From Eledone cirrhosa (lineage: Eukaryota): a stretch of 64,000 bases of DNA. The DNA lies in the NCBI GenBank assembly GCA_964016885.1, contig OZ024740.1, forward strand, positions 1,488,001 to 1,552,000, in the 5' to 3' direction. The notes below the pieces were generated by a model that searched no databases, was not told the origin of the DNA, and saw only the letters and a list, made by a program, of their open reading frames with translations. This document shows positions 40,521-51,900 of the stretch, piece after piece (position 1 is the stretch's first letter; every line of letters starts with the position of its first letter). A program made the position numbers and the translations under genes.

Positions 40521-41005
40521 CATCATCTTTATCATCATTTTCATCATCATCATCTTTATCATCACCATTTTCACCACTACCATCACTATCACCACCACCA
40601 CCATCATCATCACCACCATCCTCACTACCACCAATATCACCACCATCATCATCACCACCATCATCACCACCACCCTCACCACCAATATCATCACCATCAC
40701 CACCCTCACCACCGCCACCTCCACCACCCTCATCACCACCACCACCCTCACCACCACTGCCACCACCAATACCACCAACCTTACCACCACCACCTCCACT
40801 TCCATCACCACCACCACCACCACCACCAATACCACCACCAACACCCTCACCACCACTGCCACCACCATCACCACCACCAAAACCACCACCCTCACCACCG
40901 CCACCTCCACCACCACCACCACCGCCACCTCCACCACCATCATAACCACCACCACCACCACCACCACTATTATCATCATCACAATCATTACTATAATCAT
41001 CACCA
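40521..41005. repeat. Compound (ACC/ATC)n trinucleotide microsatellite
   Basis: Directly visible. It explains the poly-G/D and poly-V/M minus-strand ORFs. Confidence 0.97.
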
Positions 41006-41049
41006 AACATTCTTATTTTTATCATTACTATGTCAGGTGAAAGGTTAGA

Positions 41050-41719
41050 ACACACATCACACACACACATATATATACATGTGTGTGTGTGTGTATATAT
41101 TTACACACACACACATATATATATGTGTGTATGTGTATATATTTACACACGCACACATGTATATGTGTGCGTGTGTAAATATATACACACACACACATGT
41201 ATATGTGTGTATGTGTATATATTAACACACACACACACATGTATATGTGTGTATGTGTATATATTAACACACACACACACATGTATATGTGTGTGTGTGT
41301 ATATATTTACACACGCACACATGTATATGTGTGCGTGTGTAAATATATACACATACACACATGTATATGTGTGTATGTGTATATATTAACACACACACAC
41401 ACATGTATATGTGTGTGTGTGTATATATTTACACACGCACACATGTATATGTGTGTATGTGTATATATTTACACATGCACACACATGTATATATGTGTAT
41501 GTGTATATATTTACACATACACACATGTATATGTGTATATGTGTATATATTTACACATACACACATATACATGTGTGTATGTGTATATATTTACACATGC
41601 ACACACGTGTATGACTATATATATGTTTATATAAATATATATATATGTGTGTATATATATATATATGTATATGTGTGTATGTATATATATATACGTATAT
41701 ATATATATGTGTATATATA

Positions 41720-41750
<31 letters not shown>

Positions 41751-41754
41751 GTAT

Positions 41755-41790
<36 letters not shown>

Positions 41791-41875
41791 GTGTATATAT
41801 ATATATGTGTGTATATATATATATATATGTGTGTATATATATATATATACGTATATATATATATGTGTATATATA

Positions 41876-41916
<41 letters not shown>

Positions 41917-42035
41917 ATATATATATATATATATCTATGTGTGTATATATATATATATACGTATATATATATATGTGTATATATATATATGTGTGTATAT
42001 ATATATGTGTGTATATATATATGTATATATATATA

Positions 42036-42078
<43 letters not shown>

Positions 42079-42176
42079 ATATATATATATACACATATAT
42101 ATATATATGTTTATATATATATGTGTGTATGTGTATGTGTGGGTGGGTGGTGTCCGTGTGTGTGTTGTATATATAT
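41050..42176. repeat. Alternating purine-pyrimidine (CA/TA/TG) tract: ~40-bp quasi-palindromic units (ACACACATGTATATGTGTGT...ATATATTT) to ~41620, then (TA)n/(TG)n
   Basis: Directly visible. Confidence 0.95.
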
Positions 42177-42234
42177 CTTTTATATTTATTTATTTCCTTA
42201 ATGGTTTATCATAGTTGTAGTTGTTGTTACTGCT

Positions 42235-42599
42235 GTAGTAGTAGTAGTAGTAGCAGTAGCAGTAGTAGTAGTAGTAGTAGCAGCAGTAGCAGCAGTAGTA
42301 GTAGCAGTAGTAGTAATAGCAGCAGTAGTAGTAGTGGTAGTGGTAGTAGTAGCAGCAGCAGTAGTAGTAGTAGTAGTAGTAGCAGTAGTAGTAATAGTAG
42401 TAGCAGCAGTAGTAGTAGCAGTAGTAGTAGTAGTAGTAGTAGTGGCAGTAGTAGCAGCAGCAGTAGTAGTAGCAGTAGTAGTAGTAATAGTAGTGGTAGT
42501 AGTAGCAGCAGTAGTAGTAGTAGTAGCAGTAGTAGTAGTAGTAGTAGTAGTAGCAGCAGCAGCAGTAGTAGTAGTAGTAGCAGTAGTAGTAGCAGCATC

Positions 42600-42633
<34 letters not shown>

Positions 42634-42815
42634 ATAGTAGTGGTAGTAGTAGCAGCAGTAGTAGTAGTAGTAGTAGCAGTAGTAGTAGTAGTAGTAGCAG
42701 CAGCAGTAGTAGTAGCAGCAGCAGTAGTAGTAGTAGTAGTAGTAGCAGTAGTAGTAGTAGTAATAGTAGTAGTAGTAGTAGTAGCAGCAGTAGTAGTAGT
42801 AGTAGTTGTTGTTGT
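42235..42815. repeat. (AGT/AGC)n trinucleotide microsatellite
   Basis: Directly visible. It gives poly-S/V/T/L ORFs. Confidence 0.97.
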
Positions 42816-42950
42816 TTGTTTGTCCAACACTGTTTCAGTCCTCTCCTGTTTTCTGTAAGTTTTCAAATGTTTTACTTTACCCCATTTTTCTTCCATGATG
42901 TTCCACACATTTTCTCTTTTATATATAAATTCTTAGTAGTTCTTAATATG

Positions 42951-45900
42951 TGTTAGTAGTGGTAGTGTTGGTGTAGTAGTGGTGTTAGTAGTGGTAGTGT
43001 TGGTGTAGTAGTGGTGTTAGTAGTGGTAGTGTTGGTGTAGTAGTGGTGTTAGTAGTGGTAGTGTTGGTGTAGTAGTGTTGTTAGTAGTGGTAGTGTTGGT
43101 GTAGTAGTGTTGTTAGTAGTGGTAGTGTTGGTGTAGTAGTGGTGTTAGTAGTGGTAGTGTTGGTGTAGTAGTGTTGTTAGTAGGGGTAGTGTTGGTGTAG
43201 TAGTGGTGTTAGTAGTGGTAGTGTTGGTGTAGTAGTGTTGTTAGTAGTGGTAGTGTTGGTGTAGTAGTGTTGTTAGTAGGGGTAGTGTTGGTGTAGTAGT
43301 GGTGTTAGTAGTGGTAGTGTTGGTGTAGTAGTGTTGTTAGTAGTGGTAGTGTTGGTGTAGTAGTGTTGTTAGTAGTGGTAGTGTTGGTGTAGTAGTGGTG
43401 TTAGTAGTGGTAGTGTTGGTGTAGTAGTGTTGTTAGTAGGGGTAGTGTTGGTGTAGTAGTGGTGTTAGTAGTGGTAGTGTTGGTGTAGTAGTGTTGTTAG
43501 TAGTGGTAGTGTTGGTGTAGTAGTGGTGTTAGTAGGGGTAGTGTTGGTGTAGTAGTGTTGTTAGTAGTGGTAGTGTTGGTGTAGTAGTGGTGTAGTAGTG
43601 TTGTTAGTAGTGGTAGTGTTCGTGTAGTAGTGTTGTTAGTAGGGGTAGTGTTGGTGTAGTAGTGGTGTTAGTAGTGGTAGTGTTGGTGTAGTAGTGTTGT
43701 TAGTAGTGGTAGTGTTGGTGTAGTAGTGGTGTTAGTAGTGGTAGTGTTGGTGTAGTAGTGTTGTTAGTAGGGGTAGTGTTGGTGTAGTAGTGTTGTTAGT
43801 AGTGGTAGTGTTCGTGTAGTAGTGGTGTTAGTAGTGGTAGTGTTGGTGTAGTAGTGGTGTTAGTAGTGGTAGTGTTGGTGTAGTAGTGTTGTTAGTAGTG
43901 GTAGTGTTGGTGTAGTAGTGTTGTTAGTAGGGGTAGTGTTGGTGTAGTAGTGTTGTTAGTAGGGGTAGTGTTGGTGTAGTAGTGGTGTTAGTAGTGGTAG
44001 TGTTGGTGTAGTAGTGTTGTTAGTAGTGGTAGTGTCGGTGTAGTAGTGGTAGTGTTAGGGTAGTAGTGGTGTTAGTAGTGGTAGTGTTGGTGTAGTAGTG
44101 GTGTTAGTAGTGGTAGTGTTGGTGTAGTAGTGGTGTTAGTAGTGGTAGTGTTGGTGTTAGTAGTGGTAGTGTTGGTGTAGTAGTGTTGTGAAGTAGTGGC
44201 AGTGTTGGTGTAGTAGTGGTGTTAGTAGTGATAGTGTTGGTGTAGTAATGGTGTTAGTAGTGGTAGTGTTGGTGTAGTAGTGTTGTTAGTAGTGGTAGTG
44301 TTGGTGTAGTAGTGTTGTTAGTAGTGGTAGTGTTGGTGTAGTAGTGGTGTTAGTAGTGATAGTGTTGGTGTAGTAGTGTTGTTAGTAGTGGTAGTGTTGG
44401 TGTAGTAGTGTTGTTAGTAGGGGTAGTGTTCGTGTAGTAGTGGTGTTAGTAGTGGTAGAGTTGGTGTAGTAGTGTTGTTAGTAGGGGTAGTGTTGGTGTA
44501 GTAGTGGTGTTAGTAGTGGTAGTGTTGGTGTAGTAGTGTTGTTAGTAGGGGTAGTGTTGGTGTAGTAGTGGTGTTAGTAGTGGTAGTGTTGGTGTAGTAG
44601 TGTTGTTAGTAGGGGTAGTGTTGGTGTAGTAGTGTTGTTAGTAGTGGTAGTGTTGGTGTAGTAGTGGTGTTAGTAGTGATAGTGTTGGTGTAGTAGTGGT
44701 GTTAGTAGTGGTAGTGTTGGTGTAGTAGTGTTGTTAGTAGTGGTAGTGTTGGTGTAGTAGTGTTGTTAGTAGTGGTAGTGTTGGTGTAGTAGTGTTGTTA
44801 GTAGTGGTAGTGTTGGTGTAGTAGTGGTGTTAGTAGTGATAGTGTTGGTGTAGTAGTGGTGTTAGTAGTGGTAGTGTTGGTGTAGTAGTGTTGTTAGTAG
44901 TGGTAGTGTTGGTGTAGTAGTGTTGTTAGTAGTGGTAGTGTTGGTGTAGTAGTGGTGTTAGTAGTGATAGTGTTGGTGTAGTAGTGGTGTTAGTAGTGGT
45001 AGTGTTGGTGTAGTAGTGTTGTTGGTAGTGGTAGTGTTGGTGTAGTAGTGTTGTTAGTAGTGGTAGTGTTGGTGTAGTAGTGGTGTTAGTAGTGGTAGTG
45101 TTGATGTAGTAGTCGTGTTAGTAGTGGTAGTGTTGGTGTAGTAGTGTTGTTAGTAGTGGTAGTGTTGGTGTAGTAGTGTTGTTAGTAGTGGTAGTGTTGG
45201 TGTAGTAGTGGTGTTAGTAGTGGTAGTGTTGATGTAGTAGTGGTGTTAGTAGTGGTAGTGTTGATGTAGTAGTGGTGTTAGTAGTGGTAGTGTTGGTGTA
45301 GTGGTAGTGTTGGTGTAGTAGTGTTGTTAGTAGTGGTAGTGTTGGTGTAGTAGTGTTGTTAGTAGTGTTGTTAGTAGTGTTAGTGTTGGTGTAGTAGTGG
45401 TGTTGGTGTAGTAGTGGTGTTAGTAGTGGTAGTGTTAGTGTAGTAGTGTTGGTGTAGTAGTGGTAGTATTGATGTAGTAGTGTTGGTGTAATAGTGGTGT
45501 TAGTAGTGGTAGTGTTGGTGTAGTAGTGGTAGTGTTAGTGTAGTAGTGGTAGTGTTGGTGTAGTAGTGTTGTTAGTAGTGGTAGTGTTGGTGTAGTAGTG
45601 GTGTTAGTAGTGGTAGTGTTGGTGTAGTAGTGGTAGTGTTGGTGTAGTAGTGTTGTTAGTAGTGGTAGTGTTGGTGTAGTAGTGTTGTTAGTAGTGGTAG
45701 TGTTGGTGTAGTAGTGTTGTTAATAGTGGTAGTGTTGGTGTAGTAGTGTTGTTAGTAGTGGTAGTGTTGATGTAGTAGTGGTAGTGTTGGTGTAGTAGTG
45801 TTGTTAGTAGTGGTAGTGTTGGTGTAGTAGTGGTGTTAGTAGTGGTAGTGTTGGTGTAGTAGTGTTGTTAGTAGTGGTAGTGTTGGTGTAGTAGTGGTGT

Positions 45901-48900
45901 TAGTAGTGGTAGTGTTGGTGTAGTAGTGTTGTTAGTAGTGGTAGTGTTGGTGTAGTGGTAGTGTTGGTGTAGTAGTGTTGTTAGTAGTGGTAGTGTTGAT
46001 GTAGTAGTGGTAGTGTTGGTGTAGTAGTGTTGTTAGTAGTGGTAGTGTTGGTGTAGTAGTGTTGTTAGTAGTGGTAGTGTTGGTGTAGTAGTGTTGTTAG
46101 TTGTGGTAGTGTTGGTGTAGTAGTGTTGTTAGTAGTGGTAGTGTTGATGTAGTAGTGGTAGTGTTGATGTAGTAGTGGTGTTGGTGTAGTAGTGGTGCTA
46201 GTAGTGGTAGTGTTAGTGTAGTAGTGTTGGTGTAGTAGTGGTAGTGTTGATGTAGTAGTGTTGGTGTAGTAGTGGTGTTAGTAGTGGTAGTGTTGGTGTA
46301 GTAGTGGTAGGGTTGGTGTAGTAGTGTTGTTAGTAGTGGTAGTGTTGGTGTAGTAGTGTTGTTAGTAGTGGTAGTGTTGATGTAGTAGTGGTAGTGTTGG
46401 TGTAGTAGTGGTAGTGTTGGTGTAGTAGTGTTGTTAGTAGTGGTAGTGTTGGTGTAGTAGTGGTGTTAGTAGTAGTGTTGGTGTAGTGGTAGTGTTGGTG
46501 TAGTAGTGGTGTTAGTAGTGGTAGTGTTGGTGTAGTAGTGTTGTTAGTAGTGGTAGTGTTGGTGTAGTAGTATTGTTAGTAGTGGTAGTGTTGATGTAGT
46601 AGTGGTAGTGTTGGTGTAGTAGTGGTAGTGTTGATTTAGTAGTGTTGTTAGTAGTAGCAGTGTTGGTGTAGTAGTGGTGTTAGTAGTGGTAGTGTTGGTG
46701 TAGTAGTGGTAGTGTTGATTTAGTAGTGTTGTTAGTAGTGGTAGTGTTGATGTAGTAGTGGTAGTGTTGGTGTAGTAGTGGTAGTGTTGATTTAGTAGTG
46801 TTGTTAGTAGTAGCAGTGTTGGTGTAGTAGTGTTGTTAGTAGTGGTAGTGTTGGTGTAGTAGTGGTGTTAGTAGTGGTAGTGTTGGTGTAGTAGTGGTGT
46901 TAGTAGTGGTAGTATTGGTGTAGTAGTGGTGTTAGTAGTGGGAGTGTTGATGTAGTAGTGGTGTTAGTAGTGGTAGTGTTGGTGTAGTAGTGTTGTTAGT
47001 AGTGGTAGTGTTGGTGTAGTAGTGGTGATAGTAGTGGTAGTGTTGGTGTAGTAGTGGTGTTAGTAGTGGTAGTATTGGTGTAGTAGTGGTAGTGTTGATG
47101 TAGTAGTGGTGTTAGTAGTGGTAGTGTTGATGTAGTAGTGGTAGTGTTGATGTAGTAGTGGTGTTAATAGTGGCAGTGTTGATGTAGTAGTGGTGTTAGT
47201 AGTGGTAGTGTTGATGTAGCAGTGGTGTTAGTAGTGGTAGTGGTGTTAGCAGTGGTAGTGTTGGGGTAGTAGTGGTTGTGTTGGTGTAGTAGTGGTGTTA
47301 GCAGTGGTAGTATTGGTGTAGTAGTGGTATTAGTAGTGGTAGTGTTGATGTAGTAGTGGTGTTAGTAGTGGTAGTGTTGATGTAGCAGTGGTGTTAGCAG
47401 TGGTAGTGTTGGGGTAGTAGTGGTAGTGTTGATGTAGTAATGGTGTTAGTAGTGGTAGTGTTGGTGTAGTATTGGTGTTAGTAGTGGTAGTGTTGATGTA
47501 GTAATGGTGTTAGTAGTGGTAGTGTTGGTGTAGTATTGGTGTTAGTAGTGGTAGTGTTGATGTAGTAGTGGTGTTAGCAGTGGTAGTGTTGGTGTAGTAG
47601 TGGTAGTGTTGATGTAGTAGTGATGTTAGTAGTGGTAGTGTTGGGGTAGTAGTGGTGTTAGCAGTGGTAGTGTTGGTGTAGTAGTGGTGTTAGTAGTGGT
47701 AGTGTTGATGTAGTAGTGGTGTTAGTAGTGGTAGTGTTGGGGTAGTAGTAGTAGTGTTGATGCAGCAATTGTTTTAGTAGTGGTAGTGTCGGGGTAGTAG
47801 TGGTGTTAGCAGTGGTAGTGTTGGTGTAGTAGTGTTAGTGTTGATGTAGTAGTGGTTTTAGTAGTGGTAGAGTTTATGTAGCAGTGGTGTTAGTAGTGGT
47901 AGTGTTGATGTAGCAGTGGTGTTAGTAGTGGTAGTGTTGATGTAGCAGTGGTGTTAGTAGTGGTTGTGTTGGTGTAGTAGTGGTGTTAGTAGTGGTAGTG
48001 TTGATGTAGTAGTGGTGTTAGTAGTGGTAGTGTTGATGTAGTAGTGGTGTTAGTAGTGGTAGTGTTGATGTAGTAGTGTTGTTAGTAGTGGTAGTGTTGA
48101 TGTAGTAGTGGTGTTAGTAGTGATAGTGTTGATGTAGTAGTGGTGTTAGTAGAGTAGTATTGGGGTAGTAGTGGTAGTGTTGATGTAGTAGTGGTGTTAG
48201 TAGTGGTAGTGTTGGGGTAGTAGTGGTGTTAGTCGTGGTAGTGTTCGGGTAGTAGTGGTGTTAGTAGTGGTAGTGTTGATGTAGTAGTGGTAGTGTTGTG
48301 GTAGTAGTGGTAGTTTTGATGTAGTAGTTGTAGTGTTGATGTAGTAGTGGTGTTGTGGTAGTGTTGATGTAGTAATGGTGTTAGTAGTGGTAGTGTTGGG
48401 CTAGTAGTGGTGGTAGTAGTGGTCGTGTTGATGGAGCAGTGTTGTTAGTAGTGGTAGTGTTGGGGTAGTAGTGGTGTTAGTAGTGGTAGTGTTGATGTAG
48501 TGGTGTTAGTAGTGGTAGTGTTGGTGTAGTAGTGGTGTTAGTAGTGGTAGTGTTGGTGTAGTAGTGGTGTTAGTAGTGGTAGTATTGGTGTAGTAGTGGT
48601 AGTGTTGATGTAGTAGTGGTGTTAGTAGTGGTAGTGTTGATGCAGTAATGGTGTTAGTCGTGGTAGTGTTGGTGTAGTAGTGGTGTTAGTAGTGGTAGTG
48701 GTGTTAATAGTGGTAGTGTTGGTGTAGCAGTGGTGTTAGTAGTGGCAGTGTTGATGTAGTACTGGTGTTAATAGTGGTAGTGTTGGTGTAGCAGTGGTGT
48801 TAGTAGTGGCAGTGTTGATGTAGCAGTGGTGTTAGTAGTGGTAGTGTTGATGTAGTACTGGTGTTAATAGTGGTAGTGTTGGTGTAGCAGTGGTGTTAGT

Positions 48901-51900
48901 AGTGGCAGTGTTGATGTAGCAGTGGTGTTAGTAGTGGTTGTGTTGGTGTAGTAGTGGTAGTGTTGATGTATTAGTGGTGTTAGTAGTGGTAGTGTTGATA
49001 TATCAGTGGTGTTAGTAGTGGTAGTGTTGGCGTAGTAGTGGTGTTAGCAGTGGTATTGTTGGTGTAGTAGTGGTGATAGTAGTGGTAGTGTTGGTGTAGT
49101 AGTGGTGTTAGTAGTGGTAGTGTTGATGTAGTAGTGGTGTTAATAGTGGTAGTGTTGGTGTAGCAGTGGTGTTAGTAGTGGCAGTGTTGATGTAGTAGTG
49201 GTGTTAGTAGTGGTAGTGTTGGTGTAGTAGTGTTGTTAGTAGTGGTAGTGTTGGTGTAGTAGTGGTGATAGTAGTGGTAGTGTTGGTGTAATAGTGGTGT
49301 TAGTAGTGGTAGTATTGGTGTAGTAGTGGTGTTAGTAGTGGTAGTGTTGATGTAGTAGTGGTAGTGTTGATGTAGTAGTGGTGATAGTAGTGGTAGTGTT
49401 GATGTAGTAGTGGTGTTAATAGTGGCAGTGTTGATGTAGTAGTGGTGTTAGTAGTGGTAGTGTTGATGTAGCAGTGGTGTTAGTAGTGGTAGTGGTGTTA
49501 GCAGTGGTAGTGTTGGGGTAGTAGTGGTTGTGTTGGTGTAGTAGTGGTGTTAGCAGTGGTAGTATTGGTGTAGTAGTGGTATTAGTAGTGGTAGTGTTGA
49601 TGTAGTAGTGGTAGTGTTGATGTAGCAGTGGTGTTAGTAGTGGTAGTGTTGGTGTAGTATTGGTGTTAGTAGTGGTAGTGTTGATGTAGTAATGGTGTTA
49701 GTAGTGGTAGTGTTGGTGTAGTATTGGTGTTAGTAGTGGTAGTGTTGATGTAGTAGTGGTGTTAGCAGTGGTAGTGTTGATGTAGTAGTGATGTTAGTAG
49801 TGGTAGTGTTGGGGTAGTAGTGGTGTTAGCAGTGGTAGTGTTGGTGTAGTAGTGGTGTTAGTAGTGGTAGTGTTGATGTAGTAGTGGTGTTAGTAGTGGT
49901 AGTGTTGGGGTAGTAGTAGTAGTGTTGATGCAGCAATGGTGTTAGTAGTGGTAGTGTTGGGGTAGTAGTGGTGTCAGCAGTGGTAGTGTTGGTGTAGTAG
50001 TGTTAGTGTTGATGTAGTAGTGGTGTTAGTAGTGGTAGTGTTGATGTAGCAGTGGTGTTAGTAGTGGTAGTGTTGATGTAGTAGTGTTGTTAGTAGTGGT
50101 AGTGTTGATGTAGCAGTGGTGTTAGTAGTGGTAGTGTTGATGTAGCAGTGGTGTTAGTAGTGGTTGTGTTGGTGTAGTAGTGGTGTTAGTGGTGGTAGTG
50201 TTGATGTAGTAGTGGTAGTGTTGATGTAGTAGTGTTGTTAGTAGTGGTAGTGTTGATGTAGTAGTGATAGTGTTGATGTAGTAGTGGTGTTAGTAGTGAT
50301 AGTGTTGATGTAGTAGTGGTGTTAGTAGAGTAGTATTGGGGTAGTAGTGGTAGTGTTGATGTAGTAGTGGTGTTAGTAGTGGTAGTGTTGGGGTAGTAGT
50401 GGTGTTAGTCGTGGTAGTGTTCGGGTAGTAGTGGTGTTAGTAGTGGTAGTGTTGATGTAGTAGTGGTAGTGTTGTGGTAGTAGTGGTAGTTTTGATGTAG
50501 TAGTGGTAGTGTTGATGTAGTAGTGGTATTAGTTGTGGTAGTGTTGATGTAGTAATGGTGTTAGTAGTGGTAGTGTTGGGCTAGTAGTGGTCGTGTTGGG
50601 GTAGTAGTGGTAGTGTTGATGGAGCAGTGTTGTTAGTAGTGGTAGTGTTGGGGTAGTAGTGGTGTTAGTAGTGGTAGTGTTGATGTAGTGGTGTTAGTAG
50701 TGGTAGTATTGGTGTAGTAGTGGTAGTGTTGATGTAGTAATGGTGTTAGTCGTGGTAGTGTTGGTATAGTAGTGGTGTTAGTAGTGGTAGTGTTGATGTA
50801 GTAGTGGTGTTAATAGTGGTAGTGTTGGTGTAGCAGTGGTGTTAGTAGTGGCAGTGTTGATGTAGTAGTGGTGTTAATAGTGGTAGTGTTGGTGTAGCAG
50901 TGGTGTTAGTAGTGGCAGTGTTGATGTAGCAGTGGTGTTAGTAGTGGTTGTGTTGGTGTAGTAGTGGTAGTGTTGATGTAGTAGTGGTGTTAGTAGTGGT
51001 AGTGTTGATGTATCCGTGGTGTTAGTAGTGGTAGTGTTGGGGTAGTAGTGGTGTTAGCAGTGGTATTGTTGGTGTAGTAGTGGTAGTGTTTATGTATTAG
51101 TGGTGTTAGTAGTGGTAGTGTTGATGTAGTAGTGCTAGTGTTGATGTAGCAGTAGTGTTAGTAGTGGTAGTGTTGGGGTAGTACTGGTGTTAGTAGTGGT
51201 AGTGTTGATGTAGTAGTGGTGTTAGTAGTGGTAGTGTTGATGTAGTAGTGGTAGTGTTGATGCAGTAGTGGTAGTGTTGATGTAGCAGTGGTGTTAGTAG
51301 TGGTAGTGTTGATGTAGTGTTGTTAGTAGTGGTAGTGTTGATGTAGTAGTGGTGTTAGTAGTGGTAGAGTTGATGTAGTAGTGGTAGTGTTGGGGTAGTA
51401 GTGGTAGTGTTGATGTAGTAATGGTGTTAGTAGTGGTAGTGTTGGTGTAGTAGTGGTGTTAGTAGTGGTAGTGTTGGTGTAGTAGTGGTGTTAGCAGTGG
51501 TAGTGTTGGTGTAGTAGTGGTAGTGTTGGGGTAGTAGTTGAGTTAGCAGTGGTAGTGTTGATGTAGTAGTGATGTTAGTAGTGGTAGTGTTAGGGTAGTA
51601 GTGGTAGTGTTGGGGTAGTAGTGGAGTTAGCAGTGGTAGTGTTGGTGTAGTAGTGGTGTTAGTAGTGGTAGTGTTGATGTAGTAGTGGTGTTAGTAGTGG
51701 TAGTGTTGGTGTAGTAATGGTAGTGTTGATGTAGTAGTGGTGTTAGTAGTGGTAGTGTTGATGTAGCAGTGGTGTTAGTAGTGGTAGTATTGGTGTAGTA
51801 GTGGTGTTAGTAGTGGTAGTGTTGGTGTAGTAGTGGTAGTGTTGATGTAGTAGTGTTGTTAGTAGTGGTAGTGTTGGTGTAATAGTGGTGTTAGTAGTGG

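Noticed and set aside
40510-42956. Gly/Asp-, Tyr/Ile-, Ser- and Thr-rich ORFs
   Set aside because: Translations of simple repeats with no splice or homology support.
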